62,017 nucleotides of DNA, filler included, from 4 parts of 4 records of this genome joined end to end with filler, not necessarily neighbours in it, one strand, 5' to 3'; numbered from the whole stretch's first letter, positions 18,989-29,364 are shown. A program made the numbers and translations. The notes: a model not told the origin generated them from the letters alone.

Positions 18989-20145
18989 GCTTCATGGCTG
19001 CAAAGACAACTGACAGCGCTATAAATGGGGGTCCCTGATTTTATGGTCATGACGACTTTAGGGACATCTCCATCTTCAACAACCAGAATATCTGCAAGAT
19101 GGTCTGGCTCAATCTTTCCTCTGTCGACAAGCCCGGCAATGGACGCGGGTGTTGTTGATATGTATGAATAGGCCCTTGCCAGCTCCACCCCCATCTCTCT
19201 ATGCATGGCATAGACAGCCTGCAGCATTGAACATGGATGATAATCAGAACAGAGAAAATCGCACAATCCCTGCTCGACAAGACTCCGGGCTGAGATATTG
19301 CCGCTCTGGCTCTTCCCGCGAACCACATTTGGCGCACCCATACCTGTCGGCATGTTTTTTTCCCTGGCATATCTCGCTGACTGCGTATTGAGCGGAAACT
19401 CGGCAATGGTAACCCCGAGATCATGCATGAGGTCTATTTTTTCCACAGTATCATCATCGTGGGAAGCAATCTGAATGCCGAGCTTTTTTGCACAGTCTGT
19501 GAGTTCTTCCAGATGAACAAGGCATTCATCACGTTTGCCAAGCTTGGCACAGACAAAAGCATCCACGTCTCCCTCATCCATATCATAAACAGGAATATGA
19601 TACTGCTTCCAGCTCTCCATGGATTTAAACTGTCCCTGTCCAGGGCTGTGATCCATAAGGGAAAGCAGGCTGATGTTCCCTTGTTCAAGTAATTTATTGA
19701 GAACAGGGAGAGAGGTAAATGAGGTAATCTCATATCGTGCATGAACAAGATTATCGACCATGAGATGTTTTGTATTACTGTCAAAGACTTCATTAATGGT
19801 GTTTGCGGCTACCTTAGTTCCCCGCTGCCCTACAAGAGATTCGTCGTTGAAGGCAATGGCATGAAACATGGTCGTAATACCTGACATGGCAAGCTTCTTA
19901 TCCAGATCTACCAAGGCATGCCGAATGGGAAATGAGGCTCCTGGCCGGGGCTCAATTTCTTTTTCAATGGCATCTGAATGGAGGTCAACAAATCCGGGAA
20001 CAAGCAGCCTGTTGCCAAGGTTATGGGCATTATCGGCAGAACCGTATGGAGCTACTTCCACGATGTAATCATGTTCAATAATAACATCGGCAGGGACGAT
20101 TACCTCACCGGTCAAAACTCGATTTGAGCGTAATACAAAAGACAT
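18985..20145 (-). CDS. phnM: Alpha-D-ribose 1-methylphosphonate 5-triphosphate diphosphatase
   Basis: PGFVDLHSD, MDHSPGQGQF, ASHDD, AEFP, MGAPNVVRG.SQSGN and SDY. Confidence 0.95.
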   Translation of the reverse strand: MSFVLRSNRVLTGEVIVPADVIIEHDYIVEVAPYGSADNAHNLGNRLLVPGFVDLHSDAIEKEIEPRPGASFPIRHALVDLDKKLAMSGITTMFHAIAFNDESLVGQRGTKVAANTINEVFDSNTKHLMVDNLVHARYEITSFTSLPVLNKLLEQGNISLLSLMDHSPGQGQFKSMESWKQYHIPVYDMDEGDVDAFVCAKLGKRDECLVHLEELTDCAKKLGIQIASHDDDTVEKIDLMHDLGVTIAEFPLNTQSARYAREKNMPTGMGAPNVVRGKSQSGNISARSLVEQGLCDFLCSDYHPCSMLQAVYAMHREMGVELARAYSYISTTPASIAGLVDRGKIEPDHLADILVVEDGDVPKVVMTIKSGTPIYSAVSCLCSHEA

Positions 20146-20852
20146 CAGTTACTCCTTTTCACGATATATTCAATATCGGCAACACGATCGATCTTCTTCT
20201 GGTCGTGGAAGATGGCAATCATAGCAATGGATTGTTTTTTTAAGTGTTCTAAGGTCGCGAGTACAATTTCAGCACTTTTAGCATCCAATGAGGCGGTTGG
20301 TTCATCTATGAGCAGCAAATCCTTGGGAGCAATGATGCCCCGAGCAATATTCACCCGCTGCTGCTCTCCCCCGGAAAAAGTAAGCGGAGAAAGATCAAGA
20401 AGCTCCTGGCGTATACCAAGCTGCAAAAGCAGATTTCGCGCACGTTCCTGGGCTTCCTCTTCAGCTACCCCTATTTCAATCAGTGGGCTGGCGACAGCAT
20501 CGATAGCTGATACCCTGGGCAGCACTTTTAAAAACTGAGTTATAAAACCGATCTCTCGTTTTCTCAGTTCAAGCACCATTGATTCAGGGCAGTCTGCCAG
20601 ATCGATAACAGTGCCGTCATCCCGCTGAAAACAAATCGCTCCGCTGGTTGCTCTGTATGTTCTGTAAAGTGTTTTTAATATCGAAGATTTCCCAGCACCA
20701 CTTGGACCACTCAAGGCCACCAGCTGCCCCTTTTGCAGAGAAAAATTGACAGTATCAAATCCTGATACAACAATGCCGCCACGATTGTGGAGCATGAATT
20801 CCTTATTCAGATTCCTCACCTGAAGCTTATATATATTTTCTTCTGCCAACAT
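20145..20852 (-). CDS. phnL: C-P lyase ABC-ATPase subunit PhnL
   Basis: GPSGAGKS, QFLKVLPRV, P.TFSGGEQQRVNIAR and DEPTASLD. Confidence 0.95.
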   Translation of the reverse strand: MLAEENIYKLQVRNLNKEFMLHNRGGIVVSGFDTVNFSLQKGQLVALSGPSGAGKSSILKTLYRTYRATSGAICFQRDDGTVIDLADCPESMVLELRKREIGFITQFLKVLPRVSAIDAVASPLIEIGVAEEEAQERARNLLLQLGIRQELLDLSPLTFSGGEQQRVNIARGIIAPKDLLLIDEPTASLDAKSAEIVLATLEHLKKQSIAMIAIFHDQKKIDRVADIEYIVKRSN

Positions 20853-21011
20853 AATATCTAGAGTTTAATGTAACTGTTCAACAAATGACCTCGCCTTAAC
20901 CTCGACCTGTTACTGGTCAGTAGTGTTCCAGATGTGTACAAGCAGGCAGAGTGACAATAGTAATGCTATGTTTTTCTACCTGATCGTCCGCTAATGGGTG
21001 CTGCCGAACAG

Positions 21012-21848
21012 TTACAGTTTGCTCGAAACAAGAAGTTGGGTGTATGGATGCTGGGGGTCTTCAAGAATCTGATCGGTGAGACCGTATTCCACCAACGAGC
21101 CATTTTTCATAACCATGGTGAGGTCTGTTAAATGGTGAATCACCCCGAGATCATGGGACACGACAATCATGGAAAAGCCCATGTCACTTTGCAACGCCTT
21201 AATAAGATCAAGAATTTTGGCCTGTACAGAGACATCAAGACCAGTTGTCGGCTCATCAAGCAGCAACAACCGGGGAGAACTCGACAGCGCTTTGGCTATC
21301 TGAATACGCTGCTGCTGACCACCTGAGAATGCCTCTGGATAATCATCAATACGTGATGTGGGTAACTCGATTTTGTCAAAATAATAGAGTGCACGATCAC
21401 GGATGACCTCATACCTTTTCTCATCTGAGTTGAGTATTTTCTCTGCAATGTTACCACCTCCAGAAAAGTTGAAATTCAGGCCTAAATGTGGATTTTGATA
21501 AATCATCGACATCTCATGATTCCGAATCTTTGCAGTCTTGGTTGCTGGTAGTTCAAGGATGTTCTTCCTCAAGCCAGCACTATTGATAATACCGTTAAAA
21601 AAGACCGCCCCTCCTGTTGCCGGTTGATCCTGATAGATAATCTGCAGCAGTGTAGATTTACCACTACCGGATTCTCCGACAATGCCCAACACCTCACCGC
21701 CGGTCATAGATATACTAACACGATTGACAGCAACCACAGAGCCGCAAACAGGACAGATGGCACCTGCATGCTCCTCCCCTGTGAAGTCAAGACATGAACC
21801 GCAACTCTTGCCATAGATTTTGCTGATATCCTTAAGCTCAAGCAGCAT
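21012..21848 (-). CDS. phnK: C-P lyase ABC-ATPase subunit PhnK
   Basis: GIVGESGSGKST, FSGGQQQRIQIA, DEPTTGLDVSVQA and GLTDQILEDPQHPYTQLLV. N-terminal Cys-containing insert. Confidence 0.95.
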   Translation of the reverse strand: MLLELKDISKIYGKSCGSCLDFTGEEHAGAICPVCGSVVAVNRVSISMTGGEVLGIVGESGSGKSTLLQIIYQDQPATGGAVFFNGIINSAGLRKNILELPATKTAKIRNHEMSMIYQNPHLGLNFNFSGGGNIAEKILNSDEKRYEVIRDRALYYFDKIELPTSRIDDYPEAFSGGQQQRIQIAKALSSSPRLLLLDEPTTGLDVSVQAKILDLIKALQSDMGFSMIVVSHDLGVIHHLTDLTMVMKNGSLVEYGLTDQILEDPQHPYTQLLVSSKL

Positions 21849-22680
21849 CAGTGTCCTCCAACATCACATCACAGTAATAGGTATCACTACAGAAAAAGAG
21901 TGACGTTCCGTCTTCAGCCTGCACCTCATCCATAAACACCCCGGAAGCACCGCATCTGGCGCATGTTTTGGCACTAAAATCTTCAACGGAAAATGCACGA
22001 TCAGTAAACTTTAACGGTTTTACTTTCGTATAAGGAGGAATGGCATAGATACGCTTTTCCCTCCCTGCACCAAACAACTGCAGCGCGGGGTTGTTGTTGA
22101 GTCGGGGAATGTCGTATTTGGGAATCGGCGATGGATCCATGGCAAAATGCTCATTAACGATAACAGGATATCTGTTTGAAATCCGACTATCGCCAAACTG
22201 TGAAGTGTCCTCGTAGAGAAGCACCCAAAGTTTGGCATAATCAACATTGGCATGCATTGCCTTTTGCTTCGCAGTATCTGGCTCGACCGTGGTCAGAACC
22301 TCTGGGTAGGGAACCTGATAAACAAGAATCTGATGCTCCCGCAGGTCCTGCTCCGGTATTCGGTGGCGCGTCTGAATGATTGTTGCCTCTTGGGTTACAA
22401 CGGTCTCTGCAACACCTGTGACCGAGAGAATAAAATCACGAATATTAACGGCATTAACTGACCCGTCACAGCCCTGATCAATGACCTTCAGTGTGTCTTC
22501 TGCAGTGATAAGAGAAAGTGTTACCTGTAACCCTCCGGTTCCCCAACCGCGGGCAATAGGCATCTCGCGTGAGGCAAAGGGCACTATGTATCCTGGTATG
22601 GCCACCGCTTTTAAGGTTGCTCTGCGTATTTCTTTTTTTGCATCTTCATCGAAAAAACCGAAAGTGATTGTATTACTCAT
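21838..22680 (-). CDS. phnJ: Radical-SAM C-P lyase PhnJ
   Basis: REMPIARGWGTGG (glycyl-radical region), IQTRHRIPE, GAGREKRIYAIPPYT and CARC...CSDTYYC. Start placed at MSNTIT (22680). Confidence 0.96.
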   Translation of the reverse strand: MSNTITFGFFDEDAKKEIRRATLKAVAIPGYIVPFASREMPIARGWGTGGLQVTLSLITAEDTLKVIDQGCDGSVNAVNIRDFILSVTGVAETVVTQEATIIQTRHRIPEQDLREHQILVYQVPYPEVLTTVEPDTAKQKAMHANVDYAKLWVLLYEDTSQFGDSRISNRYPVIVNEHFAMDPSPIPKYDIPRLNNNPALQLFGAGREKRIYAIPPYTKVKPLKFTDRAFSVEDFSAKTCARCGASGVFMDEVQAEDGTSLFFCSDTYYCDVMLEDTDAA

Positions 22681-23731
22681 CAACTCTCTCCCTTGCCTTA
22701 TCAAGCACATGCAGATCAGCCTGAAACGTTACATAATGAGGAAGCTTAAAATGATTGGCAAACCCCATGGATTCAATTGCGTCAATATGGTGGATAATAA
22801 TCTCAGGGTTTGAAGCAATATCCATCCCGCCAACCGAATAGCCCTGGTGGTGCATAGCAAGATCAAGAATGGACATGGAGATCGCCTTGGTTTCGTTAAA
22901 ACCAAAACAAAAACCAAACCCAACAGTCAGCCGGAGATTGCCATCTCGACCATCTCGCTCAAAGGAACCAATTGTTTCGCAAGCGGTAACGCGTATTGAG
23001 CCGACCTGAACCTCATTGCCTGTAAAAGGATGGGTAAAAGCAATATCTGCTGCCCCAAGCCGTAAATCACCGATGGTTGGATGAACATCGCCATAGCCAC
23101 GCATGGAGGTGTAAGCAAACCCCAGCATCGCTCCGGTTTCACCACGCGCCATAACCTGCATGAGCGCGCTTCTTGGGTAGGGTGGCAACGGAAAAGCCCG
23201 TGTCACATCAAAAGGATGCTCCTCAGTGTTATCGAGCATCATCACCTTATCGCGCTGCTTTAATTGCTGGAGCGCACTCTTCACCAAAATGTTTTCAGCT
23301 GGCCTTTTTACGCCGCTGCACTCATGCCGTTTTTGGGCTGAATGACGCGAGAACAACCGGATTACATAATCACAGGAAGGCCCAAGGATCTGCCCACCAT
23401 CTATTTCTTTAAAAGCTGACGATATCCGTCTTATAATCCTGATGTTTTCTACATCTACTTGAGCGGCCGTACCTATACGTTGGCAGGTAGATCTGTGCGC
23501 TCGTACATAAAATGCGGCTTCCAGTAAATCTCCCCCGGTTTTCTTCAACGCTTCTGCAGCCAGGTCTTCTGTGTAGAGTGCTCCTTCCCCCATGATTCGA
23601 TCACAAGAAAAACGTAAACCGTTTGCAACTGTTGCGGTCTCCATTTCAGCTGCTGCTGAAATGTGTTCATGAAAAAGCTGACGTGAGCACTCAATAGCAT
23701 CGGCACCACCTTTTATTGCGACATAACTCAT
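22673..23731 (-). CDS. phnI: C-P lyase subunit PhnI
   Basis: MSYVAIKGG, RRISSAFK...GGQILG, RGYGDVHP and GFANHFKLPHYVTFQ. Confidence 0.95.
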   Translation of the reverse strand: MSYVAIKGGADAIECSRQLFHEHISAAAEMETATVANGLRFSCDRIMGEGALYTEDLAAEALKKTGGDLLEAAFYVRAHRSTCQRIGTAAQVDVENIRIIRRISSAFKEIDGGQILGPSCDYVIRLFSRHSAQKRHECSGVKRPAENILVKSALQQLKQRDKVMMLDNTEEHPFDVTRAFPLPPYPRSALMQVMARGETGAMLGFAYTSMRGYGDVHPTIGDLRLGAADIAFTHPFTGNEVQVGSIRVTACETIGSFERDGRDGNLRLTVGFGFCFGFNETKAISMSILDLAMHHQGYSVGGMDIASNPEIIIHHIDAIESMGFANHFKLPHYVTFQADLHVLDKARERVDE

Positions 23732-24270
23732 GAGAACACCTCAATAATGGTGGTTCTCGGCAACCCTAGAAGCCTATTGTGGGTGTCGAGAAAAAACAGA
23801 TCAAGACCTGTTGGAAACTCGCTGTTAATCTCTTGAAGCAATCCAACAAAATCCGCCTCCACAGGGAGCCTGGCTTGTAACGAGCCATCAATTCCCGGCC
23901 CGGCGATGTTGACCGCGATTCCGTCAGTCACGTCCTCGCATTGAAAGAGCAGACTGGCACTGGATTCCGGATTTTCTGTCGTGCCTGTTTTGGCCTCCTT
24001 CAACACTGCAGTATTGGGGGCATCAAAAAAGAGGTAATCAGCCAATTCGATTGGTTGCACTTCTGCTCCCGTGAGTGCAGAGATCATTTGAAAATCCAGC
24101 TCCCCATCATAGTGATATCCAACCTCGTTATAGAGCAAGACACTTGCCATCGCCAACAGAGCTGCATCAAAGAGTGGCTGCACCAGATAGATACTTCCAG
24201 GTTGGGACAAAGCGGACAGGCAACTTCGAAAATTCATTCTGTTTATCTTTTCAATATCAATTTCAATCAT
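23728..24270 (-). CDS. phnH: C-P lyase subunit PhnH
   Basis: FR..L.ALSQPG, GT.ENPE.SA.L, GPGI, FPTGLD and GLPRTT. Confidence 0.93.
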   Translation of the reverse strand: MIEIDIEKINRMNFRSCLSALSQPGSIYLVQPLFDAALLAMASVLLYNEVGYHYDGELDFQMISALTGAEVQPIELADYLFFDAPNTAVLKEAKTGTTENPESSASLLFQCEDVTDGIAVNIAGPGIDGSLQARLPVEADFVGLLQEINSEFPTGLDLFFLDTHNRLLGLPRTTIIEVFS

Positions 24271-24347
24271 TATATTTTTGCTCTATGTGTTGTAGCTGCC
24301 TATTTCAGCCCCATGATGAGCATGAGGCTAAAATAGGCATACCTGGA

Positions 24348-24761
24348 TCACATAAGGTCAAATGAAACCCGGGTATCTTCAACTTTTCGATTTTCTTCTG
24401 TCTGTTCAGCTACCAATGTGTGTTTTCCTTGCTCGACAAGGCTTACGATCTGGTTTGCATAGACTCCCGCTGCAAATGCACCATCGAGTGTCGCAATTGC
24501 ACGAGCTAGTTCGCTTTTCTGGTCCATTACCATGGCCCAACCATTAACCCCGTTGACCTGAACAATTGCGCTGGTAACCAGTACCTCACCACTGATAAAC
24601 TTCCCATTCGTTATGGGGTCTTTCACAGGAAGCAGTAAAGTTTGCTGGGTTGCCTTTTGAATAAGTACAACCTGCGCTTGAAGAGCTACTTGTTCACAGA
24701 GTGCAAAAAGTTCAGCTTCCGGCACCTTCTGCAGATAACAGTTTATATCTTCTCGTTTCAT
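24348..24761 (-). CDS. phnG: C-P lyase subunit PhnG
   Basis: F..GEVLVT, A.LD and C-terminal TRVSF. First gene of phnGHIJ. Confidence 0.9.
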   Translation of the reverse strand: MKREDINCYLQKVPEAELFALCEQVALQAQVVLIQKATQQTLLLPVKDPITNGKFISGEVLVTSAIVQVNGVNGWAMVMDQKSELARAIATLDGAFAAGVYANQIVSLVEQGKHTLVAEQTEENRKVEDTRVSFDLM

Positions 24762-24806
24762 TTTTTATTTATCGTATTTATAAGAACTTACATATCGCGA
24801 GAAACG

Positions 24807-25691
24807 CTAAATAAACTTCTTGCGAATCATTGCACTTAACTTGTCAATTATCCAGACCGTGAGCACGACAATGATAATGATCGTAGTTACGTCAGCGTTT
24901 TCAAATGCCCGTATTTTATCAAAGAGGTAAAAGCCGATACCGCCCGCTCCAACAAAACCTAGGATTGAAGCACTGCGAACGTCAGATTCAAAACGATAGA
25001 GAGCCATGGAGACAAAGTGCGGCATTGTCTGCGGCAGTACAGCATAAATTATAATTTTGGGAAAGCTTGCACCTGTCGCAACTAACGCCGAAACAGGGCC
25101 AGGATCAATAGCCTCGTTGCCTTCAGCGAGCAGCTTTGCAAGTACGCCGGTTGTGTGCACGGCAAGGGCAAGAATACCAGCCATCGGCCCTAGGCCAACC
25201 GCTGAGACAAAGAGCAACGCCCAAACAATCTCATTGATTGAACGAAATACATTGGCAATCAGCATTGAGGTAAAATAGATCCCCTTTCGAAGGACTGTAA
25301 AGACAGGAGATTTTCCCGGAATCAAAATGTCTAATATGTTTCTAGAAAAGAAAAATGAGAGTGGAAACGCGATCACTACTGACAGCACAAAAGCGACCAC
25401 CGCCATTTCTATGGTCTCCAGCATTGCTCGGCAGTATTTCAACAAGTCGTATTGTACAAAACTTGGTGGGAAGAAGCTGGACCCAGCAATATCAGGGTTC
25501 CCCATAATATAAGAACGCATATACTTTCCGCCCTCGAATAACTCAGAGAAACTCATCTCGGTACTACCCCAACTCGTAACGAGCACTGCGAGGAAAATGA
25601 ACGAAATAAAAATACTAGCGGGCTGGAAAGGGGATGATTCCCTACGAATTTTGTCCAGGCTTACAGGAACTGGATCAACTGTGTTTTCCAT
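24807..25691 (-). CDS. phnE: Phosphonate ABC transporter permease
   Basis: ETIEMA, R...EIVWALLFV.AVGLGP.AGILAL and YRFESDVRSASILGFVGAGGIG. Confidence 0.93.
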   Translation of the reverse strand: MENTVDPVPVSLDKIRRESSPFQPASIFISFIFLAVLVTSWGSTEMSFSELFEGGKYMRSYIMGNPDIAGSSFFPPSFVQYDLLKYCRAMLETIEMAVVAFVLSVVIAFPLSFFFSRNILDILIPGKSPVFTVLRKGIYFTSMLIANVFRSINEIVWALLFVSAVGLGPMAGILALAVHTTGVLAKLLAEGNEAIDPGPVSALVATGASFPKIIIYAVLPQTMPHFVSMALYRFESDVRSASILGFVGAGGIGFYLFDKIRAFENADVTTIIIIVVLTVWIIDKLSAMIRKKFI

Positions 25692-25881
25692 TCTATTTTT
25701 TGATTTCTTTATAAGGAGTTAAGTGGTGATTCATTTGAACAATTGGATTCCCTGTAAGCAAACCGTTACCTGTTAACTGAGGAGCGACCCATAGTTACAG
25801 AGAAACGAAAGCCTGACTGCGCTCTTAAAGCACTGCACTGGAGGGGAAAGGTGCGCAGCCAGGAAAAGGGAACATATCTAA

Positions 25882-26760
25882 TTACTTCGAAGCGACCTTC
25901 TTGGCCTTTAAAGCCTTCTTCAAAGCAATCAATTTGCGAACACCATTGTATAAGGTGTCATCTGCTGGGGAATAACCTGAAATTTTCAATTTCTTGAGCC
26001 CTTCTGCATCATGATAGGATAAGAATGCTCCTTTTATAGCCATCTTAAGGGATTGCGGCAGATCACTACGAACAGCCATGGGTGCACCAGGGATCAGGTC
26101 GGAAGTCCAGATGATATTGAAATCATCTTTTGCCCACTGCCTGCCAAGGCCACGATCAAAATCGAGATCGTTTGTGGAGGCGGCATCAACCTTTCCAGCC
26201 TTTACTGAAAGAATGGATGCTTCATGGCTGCCAGAATAAATTACCTTGGAAAAGTACTCTTCTGGATCAATTTGAATATCGTTAAAATAGACTGTCGGCA
26301 CCAGCGTTCCAGAAGTTGAGTGTGGATCAGTAAATGCCCACTTCTTGCCTTGCAAACTATCAATGGTCTTCAGAGCTGAACCTTTCTTACTGATTATATA
26401 TCCGTGATAACCGGCAACACCACTTTCGCCGACCTCAACAACAAGTGCTTCAGCACCTGCACGATTGGCTGCTTCGCAGTAAGATTTAGGACCGTAATAT
26501 GCCAGGTCGATATGATTATGCTGCATACCGGTGATAACGCCTGCATAGTCACCAGCTACCTGCAATTTCACCTTAATTCCGAGGCTTTTCGCAAGATGCT
26601 CAGTCAATGAACCAAAACTGTCGCTCATATTTCTTGATGAGGCAACCGGGATCACACCAAAGGTAATCTCGTCCGGCCATTTTTCCTGGGACATTGCCGG
26701 TGCCGCTAAAGAAGAAAACAACAATGTTGCCCCTGCCAATAAACCGAGAAACTTCTTCAT
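25882..26760 (-). CDS. phnD: Phosphonate ABC transporter substrate-binding protein
   Basis: Signal peptide, DYAGVI, YGPKSY, FTDPHSTSG.LVP and SGSHEA. Start at MKKF (26760) fits the AGGAG spacing. Confidence 0.93.
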   Translation of the reverse strand: MKKFLGLLAGATLLFSSLAAPAMSQEKWPDEITFGVIPVASSRNMSDSFGSLTEHLAKSLGIKVKLQVAGDYAGVITGMQHNHIDLAYYGPKSYCEAANRAGAEALVVEVGESGVAGYHGYIISKKGSALKTIDSLQGKKWAFTDPHSTSGTLVPTVYFNDIQIDPEEYFSKVIYSGSHEASILSVKAGKVDAASTNDLDFDRGLGRQWAKDDFNIIWTSDLIPGAPMAVRSDLPQSLKMAIKGAFLSYHDAEGLKKLKISGYSPADDTLYNGVRKLIALKKALKAKKVASK

Positions 26761-26813
26761 TTCCATCTCCTTGTTGTATTAAAAACCATTTGCTTTTCAC
26801 TTCTACACTTCTA

Positions 26814-27665
26814 CTACGCTGCTATTTGCTCCGGGAACAATGTAACTTCTGCTCCCGATTGTATCTGTGGATTCACATTTGCCTGTGGAGAGAAAATATC
26901 TTTACAGCCACCTGCTCCCTTATCCATGCCGGGACCCGTGAGATAGATCCTTTCGATTGCCTTGCGAGTCAATTCTTCTGGGGTCCCGTCAAAGCATATT
27001 TGCCCCTCACCTACCCCAAGAATTCGTGAGCAGAAGGATTGGGCAAAATCAAGTTGATGAAGGTTGGCGATGATGGTCACCTGATATTTTTCGTTCACTT
27101 TTTTAAGAACGTCCATTACCTGTTGAGCACTTTTAGGATCCAATGCAGCCACAGGTTCATCTGCGAGAATTATCTGCGGCTCTTGGGCAAGAGCCCTGGC
27201 AATAGCTACACGCTGCCGCTGCCCACCGGACAATGCATCACATCTCTTTAGGGCGAGATGTTCAATGCCGACCACTTTCATGAATTCGTAGGCCTTCTCG
27301 GCATACTTCTTTTGATAAATTTTCAGGAGGGTAAGCGGCAATGGCAAATCTTTGAGCATGCCACTCATGACGTTATGGAAAACAGAGAGGCGATCGACAA
27401 GATTATAGCCCTGGAAGATGAAACCTATTTTAGATCGCAGATGCCTCAAGTCTTCTTTACGGATGCGAGTAAGGTCATAGCCCATGGCATGGTACTCCCC
27501 GTTGAAAATATGAATATTACCAATCAATGACATGAGTAAGGTTGACTTGCCGGCACCCGATACCCCGATAACCCCAACAAACTCTCCTTTATCAACTGAA
27601 AGAGTGACGTCTTTAATGATAACTTCCTTTCCATATCCAAGTGAAACCGAGCCTAACGAAATCAT
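26814..27665 (-). CDS. phnC: Phosphonate ABC transporter ATP-binding protein
   Basis: GVSGAGKSTL, FQ.YNLV.RL, LSGGQRQRVAIARAL, DEPVAALDP and NLHQ. Start placed at MISLG (27665). Confidence 0.92.
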   Translation of the reverse strand: MISLGSVSLGYGKEVIIKDVTLSVDKGEFVGVIGVSGAGKSTLLMSLIGNIHIFNGEYHAMGYDLTRIRKEDLRHLRSKIGFIFQGYNLVDRLSVFHNVMSGMLKDLPLPLTLLKIYQKKYAEKAYEFMKVVGIEHLALKRCDALSGGQRQRVAIARALAQEPQIILADEPVAALDPKSAQQVMDVLKKVNEKYQVTIIANLHQLDFAQSFCSRILGVGEGQICFDGTPEELTRKAIERIYLTGPGMDKGAGGCKDIFSPQANVNPQIQSGAEVTLFPEQIAA

Positions 27666-27992
27666 ATGCACACCAGTTTGTAATGTAGGAGACAGCAGTG
27701 CAACCACCGTCTTGCGTTGAGAACTCATTCCCAATGCTTTTGATGCAGCTAATAAACAGGGTATTTGTTTGAGGTTGATTATCTTTCGGTCAGTTTTACG
27801 CTTTAACTTGATTTGATTTGCAACACCTTGGAATATCGAGATGGCATGCTGCAAAGCAGCAGGTTATCTTCAAGGGTGCAATGCAGGTCAAATGATTCCA
27901 CCAAGAGAGAGCTGAGTGGCAAAGGTCAAAGGCAATCACCTGGGTTTAGAGTGCAAACCTCGCATCAAAATCATCGGTGCAATGGTTGTGCA

Positions 27993-28012
27993 ACATTGGC
28001 TGCAGCCAATGT
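27993..28012. promoter_or_regulatory. Perfect 20-bp palindrome in the phnC/patB divergent intergenic region, candidate operator
   Basis: ACATTGGCTGCAGCCAATGT is self-complementary and has no flanking T-run. Confidence 0.45.
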
Positions 28013-28161
28013 GCTATGTTTGTGAAAATGAGATTAAACATGTTACAATATCTGTTTATTAAACAAATTTTGAACCTACATAGGTTGAATATGCCTGTGC
28101 AGTGGTACTTTAGTAAAAATCGGGTTGCAGTGGTGGGACCTGTGTATGTGCGGGGGTGAAA

Positions 28162-29364
28162 ATGAAGAGTACTAAAGACTGGGATTTTGATGAAATCATT
28201 GACCGAAGCCATACAGGTTCCGTGAAATGGGAGCCCGATATTTTAAGAACTAAATTCCGTAAGGGCAAAGAACATTTGCTTGCCATGTGGGTGGCGGATA
28301 TGGATTTCAAATGTCCGACAGTTGTTCGCTCTGCAATGGAAAAACGCCTGGCGCACCAGATATATGGGTATACAATGCTTGATCCAGGATATTACGAAGC
28401 AGTGATATCGTGGTTTCAACGCAAACATGGCTGGAAAATCAGCCGGAAGTCTATCCTGACAAGTCCAGGAATTGTCCCAGCCACCAATTATGTTATCCAG
28501 AGGTTTTCAAACCCTGGTGATAAAATTTTGCTTCAATCTCCTGTCTATTACCCCTTTGCCAATGCCATCAACGCCAACGGAAGGGTAATCTGCGATAACC
28601 CCTTACAAGTTGTGGGCGGCTGTTACCAGATGGACTTTCAGGATTTGGAGAAAAAAGCAGCAGACCCGAGGGTCAAAATAGCCATTCTATGCAGCCCACA
28701 TAATCCTGTGGGCAGGGTATGGTCAGCGGCAGAACTGAAACAATTTGGAAAAATATGCATCAAGCATAATGTTCTTATCTTTGCCGATGAGATTCACTGC
28801 GATCTTGTTATGCCAGGGTACAAACATACCAGTTTCCAGGCATTGTCTGAAGAATTTGCATCTCATTCCATTGCAGCTAATGCAGCAAGTAAAACCTTTA
28901 ATCTGGCAGGACTCTCACAGTCTAACCTGATCATTCCAAACCGCCATATCCGGGAAGATTTTTCAATTTATTTTGAAACGCTGGGAGTTGGCCCCGGTGG
29001 AGCAGGAACCCTGTTCGGGGCCATTGCTACCCAGGCAGGCTACAACAAGGCAGAGCCCTGGCTGGAAGATCTTATTTTATATCTTCACGATAACTTTACC
29101 TACTTGAAAAATCGTCTTGAGGCAGAAATACCAGGTACCCGAGTGCATGAACTTGAAGGGACATATCTTGTCTGGGTGGACTTTAACCCACTAGGGTATT
29201 CATCAGAAAAGATTACAAAAATAATTGAAGAGAAAGCAGGTGTGGCACTCGATCATGGAGACTGGTTTGGAAAAAATGGAGCAGGATTTGAACGATTTAA
29301 TATCGCTTGTCCAAGATCGATCTTAACGAAAGCCCTTGATTTACTTGTGATGGCATTTAATTAA
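28162..29364 (+). CDS. patB: MalY/PatB PLP-dependent cystathionine beta-lyase / C-S lyase
   Basis: MWVADMDF, LCSPHNPVGRVW, DEIHCD, SKTFNLAG (PLP Lys) and R.NIACP. Confidence 0.9.
   Translation: MKSTKDWDFDEIIDRSHTGSVKWEPDILRTKFRKGKEHLLAMWVADMDFKCPTVVRSAMEKRLAHQIYGYTMLDPGYYEAVISWFQRKHGWKISRKSILTSPGIVPATNYVIQRFSNPGDKILLQSPVYYPFANAINANGRVICDNPLQVVGGCYQMDFQDLEKKAADPRVKIAILCSPHNPVGRVWSAAELKQFGKICIKHNVLIFADEIHCDLVMPGYKHTSFQALSEEFASHSIAANAASKTFNLAGLSQSNLIIPNRHIREDFSIYFETLGVGPGGAGTLFGAIATQAGYNKAEPWLEDLILYLHDNFTYLKNRLEAEIPGTRVHELEGTYLVWVDFNPLGYSSEKITKIIEEKAGVALDHGDWFGKNGAGFERFNIACPRSILTKALDLLVMAFN

Noticed and set aside
26814-27854. 63-aa N-terminal extension of PhnC in the ORF track (likewise the extensions of the exonuclease, PhnJ and CvfB)
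   Set aside because: Family homology begins at downstream ATGs, and the extensions overlap promoter regions or neighbouring genes.
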